From the IMG/VR virus record IMGVR_UViG_3300032677_000006: a DNA stretch of 64,000 nt, one strand, 5' to 3'. The notes beneath the pieces were generated by a model that searched no databases, was not told the origin of the DNA, and saw only the letters and a list, made by a program, of their open reading frames with translations. A program made the translations under genes and the position numbers. Within the stretch, counting starts at the first letter, position 1. Each line of letters begins with the position of its first letter. Source of the DNA: a virus. Positions 26,744 through 36,067 of this stretch are shown here, piece by piece.

Positions 26744-29038
26744 TTAAGAAATGCTGTTGATCACCGCCCCGCTCTCGTAGACCGTGGCGTTGATGTAGAT
26801 TTTCTCCGCCACGTCGGCGGGAATGAGCGCCAGGTTGCAGATCACCTGCCGGTTGTTCCGGTCGTCGGCGGACGCCGTGATGGACAGGTTGTAATCTTCC
26901 AGGCCCCGGTCGTTCTTGATCCGCGCCAGGAACTCGTTACCCGCCAGGTCCATGTTGGTGAGCAGCTCGGCGTCGTTCGGATCGAAGACAAACCGGCGGA
27001 ACACCTGCGCCAGGCCGTTGACGGTCCAGTTCACACAGATGACCGAGTGGATGGCCGTCAGCTTGCTTTCCAGCCGCTGCATCGTGCGCTCGCCGTACAG
27101 GAAAAAGTTCCCCTGCATGTTGAGGATCGGATTGACGCTGTTGCCGTTGCCGTACATGGCCTGAAGCGTGTCCTCCGACACGTCGTCGAACTGCACAGCT
27201 TCACAGTCCGGCAGGTAGCCCCGGGTCTCGCCCGCGATGGCGTACCAGGGTGCAAAGCTGTTGAAGGTGAAACCAGCGGCGCGCGCCCAGAACACCGACG
27301 GCGGCACGAGCTGGGTGACGCCAAAGCTGTTGGTGCGCTGACCCCAGTTCCAGAACACGGCCACGTTGTGGCTGTCCAGCTTGCCCGTTTGGTTGTTCTG
27401 GCCCTGGCCGTTGTGCCAGTCGATGGCCTGCCGGGCGTTAAGCCGGGAGGGCACGTCCGTGACGGCGATGGCGTTGATCGCAAAGCACGTGCTGGCCAGC
27501 TGGCTCAAGATCGCCAGCGAGACATTGTCCATCGGCAGGATGATGACGTTGACGTCCACCTTGCGCTTGTTCTCGAAAGCCCGGATGCCGGAGTATTTGT
27601 CCGTCACCGGGTCCAGGGTGCCGGTCCAGACCGCAGAGTCTGCCACCGGGTCCAAAGTTTCGCCGTCGGCTCCGTTGACAAACTGACCGCCCTTGGCGGT
27701 GACGACACCGTTGATGACCAGGGTGCCTGCGTTAATGGCACCGGCGGGCATCGGAACCGGCAAGCCGACCGTGGGCGTGCTGGTGTAAAAACGAGCATCC
27801 CACGGAGCCACCGTGTTGGCGGGCGTCCAGCCGTAATTGTTGCTGCCGATGATGTTGCTGACGTAGACGTATTTGCTGATGCCTTGTGCCAGCCGAACAT
27901 CCCAGTAATTGGCGTCGCCCGGAATGTTGGTGATGTTGTCGTGCGTCTCTTCCAGGGCCGAGTTCCAGTAAACTTCCAGCTTCTTGGTGCCCGGGCCGGA
28001 CCCGGGCCGGACTTTGACGTACAGGCCGGTCGCCGAATTGGTGCCGTTGGCCCAGCTGCCGGGACTGGCAGCGGACAGCCACATGAACGGCTGGGACCCG
28101 GTGGCGGCAAACACCTGCGCGCCTGCCGAATAGTTGTCCTGCAAAGGCAGCGCCTGGTAACCGATCTGCTGAATGCTGGCTGTTTCCAGGAAGACCGTGC
28201 CGCTGCCATCCGGATTGACCAGGCGGCTGGCCACACGCACTTCCAGGGTGGGAACGCGTTGCGGGCTGCTCTGCTGGATTTTGAGGACCATGCCCGGCGT
28301 GACGCTGGTGATGTTTGAGGAAACCGTGAACTGAAACGTGTTCTTGACCGCGTTGGAAATGGTGCCCAGCGAAAGCGCGTGATCCGCCGTGTTGGTTCCG
28401 CTGCCGTAGGTGTAGCAGGACACGACGCTTTCCGCCGTGAACGCGGCGGGGTTGTTCACGCTGTAGGAAATCTGACCCGCATCATAACTGTCCTGCAACG
28501 GCAGGCCCGATAGGATGGAAAGGGTGCCGTTGGAGGCGCTGGTCACCACGGCGTTGACCGTGGACTTCTTTCCAGGTTCCGTGACGCTGATGTACAGGGC
28601 GGATGTGGTTGAAGCGTTAAGAATGTCGTTCACCGCCGCGTAGCTGTCCGGGCAGTTGAGCACCAGGTTGTTGACCGTGCCCACGCCGTCGGCGGCGGGC
28701 AGTTCGGTGAAGGTCTTGCCGATGCGGATCACCGTCATCTGGTTGGTGTAGTCCGAACACGCGTCCACGGCATCGGCCATGAAATAGCCCGTCCCGTCGG
28801 ACGGCCCGATTAGGCCCGTGTCCGGGTCCGGCGTTTCAACGGTCGGAATCGGGTTGCCGAAATTTGCCACGAAGTCATTCAGCGACTGAATCTGAACGGG
28901 CGTGTTGAACGGTCCCTTGGTGGCCACTCCGATGAACCCCGGTTTGAACCGGCTGCTCGTCGGCGTAAAAAAGGACTTGTCAACAATCTGCGTGTAAACC
29001 CCGGGAAAGGTTTTTGGTGTAAAAGACGGTGTCGTCAT
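26744..29038 (-). CDS. Contractile tail sheath protein (T4 gp18-like)
   Basis: 'FPGVYTQIVDKS', 'GVATKGPFNTP', 'PWYAIAGETRG', 'VNPI', 'FVFDPND', 'AEKIYI'. Confidence 0.95.
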   Translation of the reverse strand: MTTPSFTPKTFPGVYTQIVDKSFFTPTSSRFKPGFIGVATKGPFNTPVQIQSLNDFVANFGNPIPTVETPDPDTGLIGPSDGTGYFMADAVDACSDYTNQMTVIRIGKTFTELPAADGVGTVNNLVLNCPDSYAAVNDILNASTTSALYISVTEPGKKSTVNAVVTSASNGTLSILSGLPLQDSYDAGQISYSVNNPAAFTAESVVSCYTYGSGTNTADHALSLGTISNAVKNTFQFTVSSNITSVTPGMVLKIQQSSPQRVPTLEVRVASRLVNPDGSGTVFLETASIQQIGYQALPLQDNYSAGAQVFAATGSQPFMWLSAASPGSWANGTNSATGLYVKVRPGSGPGTKKLEVYWNSALEETHDNITNIPGDANYWDVRLAQGISKYVYVSNIIGSNNYGWTPANTVAPWDARFYTSTPTVGLPVPMPAGAINAGTLVINGVVTAKGGQFVNGADGETLDPVADSAVWTGTLDPVTDKYSGIRAFENKRKVDVNVIILPMDNVSLAILSQLASTCFAINAIAVTDVPSRLNARQAIDWHNGQGQNNQTGKLDSHNVAVFWNWGQRTNSFGVTQLVPPSVFWARAAGFTFNSFAPWYAIAGETRGYLPDCEAVQFDDVSEDTLQAMYGNGNSVNPILNMQGNFFLYGERTMQRLESKLTAIHSVICVNWTVNGLAQVFRRFVFDPNDAELLTNMDLAGNEFLARIKNDRGLEDYNLSITASADDRNNRQVICNLALIPADVAEKIYINATVYESGAVINSIS

Positions 29039-29052
29039 AAGCTTTCGCTGTC

Positions 29053-29112
29053 TTAACTACGGGGGTGCCTCTGGGCACCTCCCTGGGTTTCTTTGGCTGT
29101 TCCGTTGTTCAT
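29053..29112 (-). other. Possible 19-codon leader ORF with a GC hairpin upstream of the sheath gene
   Basis: ATG 5 nt after GTAGTTA (29118-29124); ends inside a second GTAGTTA (29054-29060). Confidence 0.35.
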
Positions 29113-29170
29113 TGCCTTAACTACCGATTGCCGCCCGTCTGCCGTTGTCCGTCAGCTGTAGACGCCTAGT

Positions 29171-30184
29171 TTAATCAAACACCTCCTGGCTTTCACCAGG
29201 TATGATCGCCGGGGCCGGGCTGGCCGTCGGCAGCGTGTTGTTCGTGTCCGGCTGGTACGTTCCGCAGGGCGGCATGTCCGAGGTGGCCGCCCGGTAAGCC
29301 ACGGTCGGGTTGGTGTCGCAGTCGCCGCGCAAATCCACGGGCGTAACGAAATCCATGTCGGACGTGAGCGTGAACGCCTGGACCACGGTCGCGGGCACGG
29401 CGGCCCCGCTGTTGAAGACCAGGCTCCAGAGCGTGGGATGCACCTTGTAGCGCAGGTCCACTTCGTAGCCCTCCATGACCACCGTCAAGCTGACGCGGAA
29501 CTCCACGTTTTTTCCCTCCTCGGGCGTCTCGGGCGTCATGTTCTCCACGTCCCCGTCAATGTAGACGCGCACCAGCTTGGGGCCGATGAGCGGGTAGGCG
29601 ACCATTGTCCAGGTCTGCAACTGCGTGCCGCCGGTCCGCCAGAATTCCCGAAACAGCTGGTTCAGGAAAAACGACTGGGTGTCGGGCCGGTTGCAGAAAA
29701 AGTCAATCTGGAACCGGTAGTCCAGGGCCATGGGGTACCGGGCCACAATGACATTGCCCAGATCGCCCCGGGTCAGGCCGGTGCCCTGCTGCGGCTTGCC
29801 CGGCACCGGAACCGTGTCATCCGAGACGGTCGGCCAGGCGATGTGCCGCATGTTGTGGATGGAAAAATTGTGGCTCTGGCGCAGCTTGTAATTTTTGCGG
29901 AAGACCGAGATCACCGGGTATCGGATGGGCGCGGGATACGGCTGGTACAGGGGATTGCCGTTTTCGTCCTTGGCATCCAGCAGGTACTTGTACGGATTCT
30001 TGTCCATGGCCCACAACCGGGTGAACTCCGAGAAGGCGTCCATGGGGCTGGACATGACCACCGGCATGGGCACACCCCAGCGCAGCGTCAAAATCCGGTT
30101 GAGCCACGCTTGCAGCGCCAGCTCGTGGTAGCGCATGCCGGTGCTGGCCAGCGCGCCGGAATCAAAATCTAGCACATTGCTCAC
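29171..30184 (-). CDS. Tail terminator / sheath stabiliser (gp15-like)
   Basis: Lies between neck and sheath; 'YPVISVFR', 'PMALDYRFQIDFF', 'FRVSLTVVMEG'. Confidence 0.65.
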   Translation of the reverse strand: MSNVLDFDSGALASTGMRYHELALQAWLNRILTLRWGVPMPVVMSSPMDAFSEFTRLWAMDKNPYKYLLDAKDENGNPLYQPYPAPIRYPVISVFRKNYKLRQSHNFSIHNMRHIAWPTVSDDTVPVPGKPQQGTGLTRGDLGNVIVARYPMALDYRFQIDFFCNRPDTQSFFLNQLFREFWRTGGTQLQTWTMVAYPLIGPKLVRVYIDGDVENMTPETPEEGKNVEFRVSLTVVMEGYEVDLRYKVHPTLWSLVFNSGAAVPATVVQAFTLTSDMDFVTPVDLRGDCDTNPTVAYRAATSDMPPCGTYQPDTNNTLPTASPAPAIIPGESQEVFD

Positions 30185-30195
30185 GCCCTAAATAC

Positions 30196-30233
30196 AAAAC
30201 GGGGGTCGCTGCACAATGCAACAGCGACCCCCG
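30196..30233 (-). terminator. Intrinsic terminator
   Basis: CGGGGGTCGCTG...CAGCGACCCCCG stem followed by TTTT on the minus strand. Confidence 0.65.
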
Positions 30234-30280
30234 CCAGGGGCACTGCCGCGAACAGCGCGGCAGAGTTCACTAGAACTAGA

Positions 30281-30538
30281 TCAGATGGGGACCAACAGGG
30301 ACGTCTGCATGTTGTAGATCGTCCCGTTCTCCGACTCAATCTCGGCAAAGCCCGGGTTCGAGTCAGAAATCTTGCGGACCTTGCCCTTCAGGCCGGTCAT
30401 GCCTGAGATCGGATCGTCCACGACCGCGACGGTCTGGCCAGACTTCACGTCCTCGCCCAGGAGTTGGTTTACGGCTTCCTGGACATAGTTCCGGCTGCCG
30501 CTACTCACAGCCTCGGTGATTACGTTTTTGATGTTCAT
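30281..30538 (-). CDS. Small KOW/SH3-like protein with 'VNQLLGE' tag
   Basis: 'GQTVAVVD...GLKGKVRKI'; GTAGTTA 4 nt upstream. Confidence 0.6.
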   Translation of the reverse strand: MNIKNVITEAVSSGSRNYVQEAVNQLLGEDVKSGQTVAVVDDPISGMTGLKGKVRKISDSNPGFAEIESENGTIYNMQTSLLVPI

Positions 30539-30541
30539 ACT

Positions 30542-30895
30542 TTAACTACGCTTTGGGCCTGCCAGCGCGGCGGCCACGATTATATGGTCAATGTCAGGCT
30601 CCGGGTCAAACCAGTCCGACCCAAGTCGAAACTGGCGGATCAGCGACTCAGCGGAACCTGCTGGCTTAACTACGAGGTTCCCGTGCTGAAACTCGACGGA
30701 TACCTCCTCCGCCAGGCGTTGCACCTGTTCCTGCATCTTCTGGACGCGCAGCGCCAGGTCAGGCACCGGCTTTTTGCGCAGTCCGGCAAACGCGGTCATC
30801 ACGGCCAGCACGATGCGCTGCCGGATTTCCGGGTCCCGCGTGCGCTCGGCCATGTGCTGCTGGAGCGCCTGTTCCATGAGGCTGCCGATGCTCAT
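30542..30895 (-). CDS. Hypothetical protein (neck region)
   Basis: Coupled to the upstream neck gene. Confidence 0.6.
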   Translation of the reverse strand: MSIGSLMEQALQQHMAERTRDPEIRQRIVLAVMTAFAGLRKKPVPDLALRVQKMQEQVQRLAEEVSVEFQHGNLVVKPAGSAESLIRQFRLGSDWFDPEPDIDHIIVAAALAGPKRS

Positions 30896-31446
30896 AGTTC
30901 CGGCAGCGGCCTCGTTTGTATACGTTCCTGTGGCACGGGCACCGAGGGATCGAGCAGCGGCTTGGCATCGCCTTCCGCCGGGATGACCGTTTCGCAGATC
31001 AGGCCCAGCCAGACGTTGGTCTGCTGCCAGAATGCCTGCGGCTCCAGTACCACCTTCTGGATCATGTGCCGGTAGCCGTCGAAAAACATCATGTCGCCCT
31101 GGGCCGGAAACCAGTCAAACTCCTGTAGGTGCAGATTGGCCAGCCAGATTTTGTGCTTCTGCATGGGCGTCAGGCCCACCTTGGTGAGCCGCCAGTCGGG
31201 GCGCTCCTTGGTCACCAGCGCAGGCACCTTCAGCTCCCGGGAGAACACGGTGCGCTCGTCCAGCGGCATGTGCCACAGGTCGTCATACTTGGTCGACCGG
31301 CGATCCACTTCCAGGAACAGCGGCCCGGGGATGGGCGCGTGCTTGGCGATGTACTCCGCGTGGATTTTCAGCGCCGTGGTGACGTCCGGCCTGAGCCTGA
31401 AAATCTCGCCATCGTAGAGCCACTCTTTTCGCTCCGTGTATTTCAT
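30892..31446 (-). CDS. Head-closure/neck protein (gp14-like)
   Basis: 'YDDLW', 'KVGL', 'PAQGDMMFFDGYRHMI' pattern and position. Confidence 0.6.
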   Translation of the reverse strand: MKYTERKEWLYDGEIFRLRPDVTTALKIHAEYIAKHAPIPGPLFLEVDRRSTKYDDLWHMPLDERTVFSRELKVPALVTKERPDWRLTKVGLTPMQKHKIWLANLHLQEFDWFPAQGDMMFFDGYRHMIQKVVLEPQAFWQQTNVWLGLICETVIPAEGDAKPLLDPSVPVPQERIQTRPLPEL

Positions 31447-31501
31447 TATGAGCTAAATACGCCCGGGTTTTCCGTTCTTGCGACGTACCTATCACTAGAA
31501 C

Positions 31502-31819
31502 ATGAAGAAACCAACGGCACTGGACGATCTGCTCCAAGAACTCCGCGACGACGGCACGATCCGGCGCAACCCGCACGTCAGCCCGGTGACGATGGCCAAC
31601 ATCTACCTGGACGGCATCGAGGAGTCTGATGAAACCGAGGCGATTCAGCTTAACTCCGAGGAGTGCGCCCTGATCCTGGCCAACGAGGACACCGTCGAGC
31701 GGCTGGCCGAAGCCTTGAACCACCCGAAGAACGCCAGTATCCACGTGCTGGACCTGGTCCTCAGCCCGCGCCTGATCGGATACCTGGAAGCCAACCAATT
31801 CACTGTAGACGAAATCTAA
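31502..31819 (+). CDS. Hypothetical protein (105 aa)
   Basis: Typical codon bias; directly precedes the hub gene. Confidence 0.6.
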   Translation: MKKPTALDDLLQELRDDGTIRRNPHVSPVTMANIYLDGIEESDETEAIQLNSEECALILANEDTVERLAEALNHPKNASIHVLDLVLSPRLIGYLEANQFTVDEI

Positions 31820-31825
31820 ACCCGT

Positions 31826-33145
31826 ATGGCCGCGCCCCTCCAACCCGGTGAAGGCTTCGCCCAGGTCCAGTACCAGATGGCGCTGCCCCAGCAACAGTTC
31901 CAGACCTTTGACCCGGAGCAGGTGTCCCTGGTCGAAGCCAACCTGCGCGATGACGTCTTCGGCGACGGCAGCTGCATCCACGTGTTTCAGAGCAACAACG
32001 TCGCCTACCTGACCATGCTCCAGAACGCCATGAGCAACGGCAACCCGCTGCTCATGTTCCGCCTCGGCTTCGGCCCGGCCACCGGCATGTACTGGCTGCC
32101 CTGGCAGCAGCACATCGTCACCCGCCACTATGCCAAGTTTCAGGGCATTGGCGACACCGCAGGCCACCTCCTGGTGGTCCACAGCAGCAACAGCCTGGTG
32201 CGCATCCGCCGGACCCAGCGCGTGCTGTCGCGCAAGGGCCTGATCAGCGACATGGTCAGCGCCATCGCCCAGGCCAACGGCCTGAAAGCCGTGGTGGAAC
32301 CGACCGACGGAAAATACTTGCTGATGCAGGCTTTCACCGACGACACCACCTTCCTGCTGAAGCGGCTGCTGCCCCGAGCGATCAACCAGCAGGGACGTGG
32401 CGGCTACTTCTGCTTCATCCTGGACAACGTCCTCCATTTCCACACGCCGGACTACCAGGCGTCCGTGAAGAAGATGGATTTTTACGGCTCCTACGGCTCC
32501 AGCCTGGAAGCTAACGATTACAGCGAGGACAGCGCCCTCTGGGACGCGGGCATCGCCGGGGCGCGGGTGGTGGCCGCCGACCCCTACACCGGCGACTCCA
32601 AGGAGTTCCTGTCCGACCCGGCCAAGGCCGTCAAGCTGGCCCACAGCATTTACCAGTTCGACAATGTAGACAACGGCCAGCGCAACCAGGCGTACCATCT
32701 GGGGCAGAACCCGGTGTCGGAGCTGAACGCCCTGGCCCAGTTCCGGTACCAGCACGCCCGGCTGCAAACTTTCCGTTCCGTGATGGTCCTGCAAAAGACG
32801 ATCAACATCCGGCACGGCGACCTGCTGGGCCTGGCGGTGACCCAGGAGGGCAACCGCACCAGCGAGTATTCCGGCTACTATTACGTGACCAGCGCCGCCC
32901 ACACGGTTAAAAAGTCGCTGGTGACTTCCGTGTATACGCTGAACCGGGGTGAGACGGAATTGAAGCAAACCGGGCTGGCCACGCAGAACAGCCAGGACCA
33001 GCTGGTGTCGCAAAACAACGCCCCGGGCGTGACGCCCAACATCATCTCGCTGCAAAGCTCGGCCTTGACCAAGGGGTCTGGAAACACAACGTCCGCCACA
33101 ACGCTGCTCGCCGTGGCGGACGCACAAACAGGGGCAACAGATTAA
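31826..33145 (+). CDS. Baseplate hub protein (gp27/gpD-like)
   Basis: 'SDMVSAIAQANGL', 'TDDTTFL.KRL', 'SGYYYVTSAAHTV'. Confidence 0.75.
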   Translation: MAAPLQPGEGFAQVQYQMALPQQQFQTFDPEQVSLVEANLRDDVFGDGSCIHVFQSNNVAYLTMLQNAMSNGNPLLMFRLGFGPATGMYWLPWQQHIVTRHYAKFQGIGDTAGHLLVVHSSNSLVRIRRTQRVLSRKGLISDMVSAIAQANGLKAVVEPTDGKYLLMQAFTDDTTFLLKRLLPRAINQQGRGGYFCFILDNVLHFHTPDYQASVKKMDFYGSYGSSLEANDYSEDSALWDAGIAGARVVAADPYTGDSKEFLSDPAKAVKLAHSIYQFDNVDNGQRNQAYHLGQNPVSELNALAQFRYQHARLQTFRSVMVLQKTINIRHGDLLGLAVTQEGNRTSEYSGYYYVTSAAHTVKKSLVTSVYTLNRGETELKQTGLATQNSQDQLVSQNNAPGVTPNIISLQSSALTKGSGNTTSATTLLAVADAQTGATD

Positions 33146-33615
33146 GTGAGCGGGCCGGGGATTTCTGCCGCTTCCCACAGCGTCGGCGACTGGCCGGTGA
33201 GGCTGCTGTTATCCAGCCGGTCAAAGCCCAGTTGATTCCACTGGCGCTGCGACTCGATCTGCATGCGCAGCTGGCCGGTGGTTGTGCCTGTGCAGTACAC
33301 TTCAAGATAAGGCAGGTGGCCGTTCAACAGCAAGGTCTGCTGGCCGCCTGCAACCAGGTAAGCCGCCGTGCCGCTAAAACCGTACAGGGGGTACCGCGTG
33401 CCTGCGGTGCTCCGGTCCGACGCTTCGTTGAGCACGACCGAGAAGTTGGTATTACCCACGTTCTCGAAGGTGACCAGCATGCTGGTCGGCATGCCGGAGG
33501 TCGCAGCCGGGAACCAGTCCCGGTCCTGCAACCGGGCGGCGACGTAACCTGAAACAACCGGACACTGCACCAGTGTCTTACGCGGCATTGGGGCTAAGTA
33601 TTCGCCTGGATTCAT
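33142..33615 (-). CDS. Putative virion beta-sandwich protein
   Basis: 'MLVTFENVGNTN...LVAGGQ' shared with 4460-5020. Confidence 0.6.
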   Translation of the reverse strand: MNPGEYLAPMPRKTLVQCPVVSGYVAARLQDRDWFPAATSGMPTSMLVTFENVGNTNFSVVLNEASDRSTAGTRYPLYGFSGTAAYLVAGGQQTLLLNGHLPYLEVYCTGTTTGQLRMQIESQRQWNQLGFDRLDNSSLTGQSPTLWEAAEIPGPLT

Positions 33616-33657
33616 AGATTAAAACTGCAAAAAGGGTGAACAGAGCGGACCAGGAGC

Positions 33658-35244
33658 TTACTCCTCTTCCTTCTTGTCCTTCTTTTTCTTGGGTTCCGGA
33701 CGGCTTTCACCAGGCTCTTCCTCGCCTTTGGGTTCCTCGGGCGCTTCCTCTTCCGGTTCAAATTCGTTGGCTTCACCTTCGCCTCCGGCCTCGCCCTCGG
33801 GCGGCAGATCACCGGGCGGCTCGCCGGGCATTTCCATCCCGCCTTCAGCGCCCAGCTCACCTTCAGCCCCCAACTCACCTTCAGCGCCCATGCCGCCTTC
33901 AGCGCCCATGCCGCCGTCCATGCCGTCCATGCCGCCCTCGGCACCAGGAATCTCCTGGCCCGTGACGTTGGCGGTGAGGTCGGCGAGCAAGTCGCGCATC
34001 TGGCGCAACAGGCCCAGGGCGGTTTCGCCCTCGGTGTCCGCACCCACGGCGGCGTCGCTTACTGCCGGTTCCATGGGTTCATCCGGCGCGCCGAGTTCGT
34101 CCATCCCGCCGTCGGGTTGGGAAAATTCATCGCCTGATGGCGCACCTTGGGTGGCCGCCAATTCTTCATCGTACAATTCCTGTACCAGTGATTTTGCTTC
34201 GTTCAGTGCGCTCATATTGTCATGTTGACCTGTTGCTCTAACTACGCTACTCCCGTCAGACTCCCAGGTGCCTGGAAACTGCTGCGAGGGAATCATACCC
34301 TTGACGATCCGGTTGCCCAGCACCCGGCGCGGCTTGGCCTTGTTTGTAGACGTTTTCGGCGCAGCCGTTGCGGGCTTTTTCACAGCGGGCTTGGCTGGAA
34401 GCGGCTTCGGCAACGGCTCGGGCTGGATCATTTGACGCGCGCCCTGCGCCGGTTTCTTCGGCGCTCCCGGCGGCGGAGCCGTGGGCGGCTGGGCGGCCCC
34501 GGGCTTGGCCGGTTGGGGTGCGCCTGGCTTGGGCTTGGGTTCGCCGGGCTTGGGCGGGGCCTTTGTAGACGTTGGCTCCGGCGGGCGCACCGGGGTGACG
34601 GGCTGCGGCAGGATCAGGCCCAGGTTGCGCGCCTGCTTGCGGTCCTTGTAGACTTTCTCCCGTTCGCGCGCCGCCGCCATGGCCCCCTCAAAATCGGTCC
34701 AGCGCTTGGTGGCGATCTTGGTCAAGCGGTTCAGCTTTTCCGCCGTATCCGGTTCATCCCCGGGAAAAGACGACAACAGGCCGTAGATGTACTGGCGGGC
34801 GGCCAGCAGGTGCTTGCACAGGCCCGGGCGACCGGAAGGGTTGGTGATCCGGGGTGCTTTGTTCCACGCCTGGTTGAGCGAATTGGGACCCACCACGCTG
34901 GACCCGCGCTGCTTGTTGGCCCAGGCCCACCGGTAGCGGAAGTCCGGGCACATGCAGTCCACCACGCACTCCAGGTGCTGCAAGGGCACGTCCTTGGGGT
35001 TCTTGCGCGTCGGCTTGAAAAACTTGATGTAGCCGCGATGCCGCAGACCCGTGGTGCTGGGGTTGGACTTGAAATTGAAGCTGTAGTAAACCGTGTCCTG
35101 GTAGCTGTCGATCTCCAGCGGCGGCCCGCGCACGGTGAAGCTGCGGTACACCCGCTTCGGATCGGAAATCCGGAAGAGCTTGTCGAAGGACAGGCGCTCG
35201 CACAGGCTGAGCGGCAGGCTGATGGTCACGCTGGGCATGGTCAT
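33658..35244 (-). CDS. SWIM Zn-finger protein with Pro/Lys linker and acidic tail
   Basis: 'CMCPDFRYR...LCKHLLA'. Confidence 0.7.
   Translation of the reverse strand: MTMPSVTISLPLSLCERLSFDKLFRISDPKRVYRSFTVRGPPLEIDSYQDTVYYSFNFKSNPSTTGLRHRGYIKFFKPTRKNPKDVPLQHLECVVDCMCPDFRYRWAWANKQRGSSVVGPNSLNQAWNKAPRITNPSGRPGLCKHLLAARQYIYGLLSSFPGDEPDTAEKLNRLTKIATKRWTDFEGAMAAAREREKVYKDRKQARNLGLILPQPVTPVRPPEPTSTKAPPKPGEPKPKPGAPQPAKPGAAQPPTAPPPGAPKKPAQGARQMIQPEPLPKPLPAKPAVKKPATAAPKTSTNKAKPRRVLGNRIVKGMIPSQQFPGTWESDGSSVVRATGQHDNMSALNEAKSLVQELYDEELAATQGAPSGDEFSQPDGGMDELGAPDEPMEPAVSDAAVGADTEGETALGLLRQMRDLLADLTANVTGQEIPGAEGGMDGMDGGMGAEGGMGAEGELGAEGELGAEGGMEMPGEPPGDLPPEGEAGGEGEANEFEPEEEAPEEPKGEEEPGESRPEPKKKKDKKEEE
33838..33936. 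repeat. 18-bp coding tandem repeats (GAEGGM/GAEGEL)
   Basis: Repeated ccttcagcgccc units. Confidence 0.7.
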
Positions 35245-36035
35245 TCAGGCCACACGGGCTTTACCGGGAAATTCAAGTAGTCCGGCCCTCGGCGCACGGT
35301 CAGCACCACCCGGGTGTCCGGCTGGACCAGGGCCAGCGCGTCGGCCAGCTCCTCGGGCGTGGTCACCCGGTCGTTGCGCTGGCCGGAAGCCGTGTCGTAC
35401 TGGATGGCCACGATCATGTCTCCGGCCTGGATGCCGGACAAGGCCACCGGCCCGTTGTCCGTGGGCGAAAGCACATAGACGCCGTCTCGGAAACGCCGGT
35501 CGTACGCCAGGCCCAGGGACGCCTTGGGGCGGTTGTCCGGCTCGGCGGGCGGCGCTTCGACCGCCTGCGCCTGCGGAGCCGGGTTGGGCGTTTGCGCCGG
35601 GGCCGCCGGTTGCTTCTCCTCCGGTTCGACTCCGACGAAGGCGGAACCCATGCTCACGAGCTGGCCGCGATTGTCGCGGCTGTTGGAGCGCCAGATCAGC
35701 CGGGCGTCCGGCGGCAGGTTCAGGCGCTGCTCCAGCTCCTGGGCCGCCTCGGCGGGCAGCCGGGCGGGCAGCTTACTGGCGTATACAATTATGTCGTTGG
35801 GCGCTTTCACGTGGACCAGGGTATAGCCGTGCGGCAGGCCGATCTCGTCCAGCGCCTGCTGTACCTCCTCCCGGCTCACCGGCTTGGGGTAGCGGCCTTG
35901 CAGCCAGGAAGCGGCCAGCATGAGGCTGTCGAACGTACTGCCGCGCTCAGGCAGGTGCGGGCCGTACATGTATACGGCGGGACCCGGCCCTTCGGCCTCC
36001 AGAAACAGTTCCACAATTTGTGCGGCGGTTACCAC
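35241..36035 (-). CDS. PDZ-domain protein
   Basis: 'SLGLAY...GVYVLS...GPVALSGIQAGDMIVAI...VVLTVRRG'. Confidence 0.75.
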   Translation of the reverse strand: MVTAAQIVELFLEAEGPGPAVYMYGPHLPERGSTFDSLMLAASWLQGRYPKPVSREEVQQALDEIGLPHGYTLVHVKAPNDIIVYASKLPARLPAEAAQELEQRLNLPPDARLIWRSNSRDNRGQLVSMGSAFVGVEPEEKQPAAPAQTPNPAPQAQAVEAPPAEPDNRPKASLGLAYDRRFRDGVYVLSPTDNGPVALSGIQAGDMIVAIQYDTASGQRNDRVTTPEELADALALVQPDTRVVLTVRRGPDYLNFPVKPVWPE

Positions 36036-36067
36036 GACCTAAGTACGAGAACCCGTTCTAAGCAGGC

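Noticed and set aside
26060-28318. 752-aa plus-strand ORF
   Set aside because: Antisense to the clearly identified sheath and tube genes
31283-33178. 631-aa minus-strand ORF
   Set aside because: Antisense shadow of the baseplate hub gene
33838-33936. Tandem repeats as a possible CRISPR array or DGR element
   Set aside because: In-frame coding repeats without spacers; no cas or reverse transcriptase gene in the window
35803-35818. Weak parS-like GCTTTCACGTGGACCA (and AGCTCCACGTGGAAGT near 37674)
   Set aside because: 3-4 mismatches including conserved outer bases; explainable by ordinary His-Val codons
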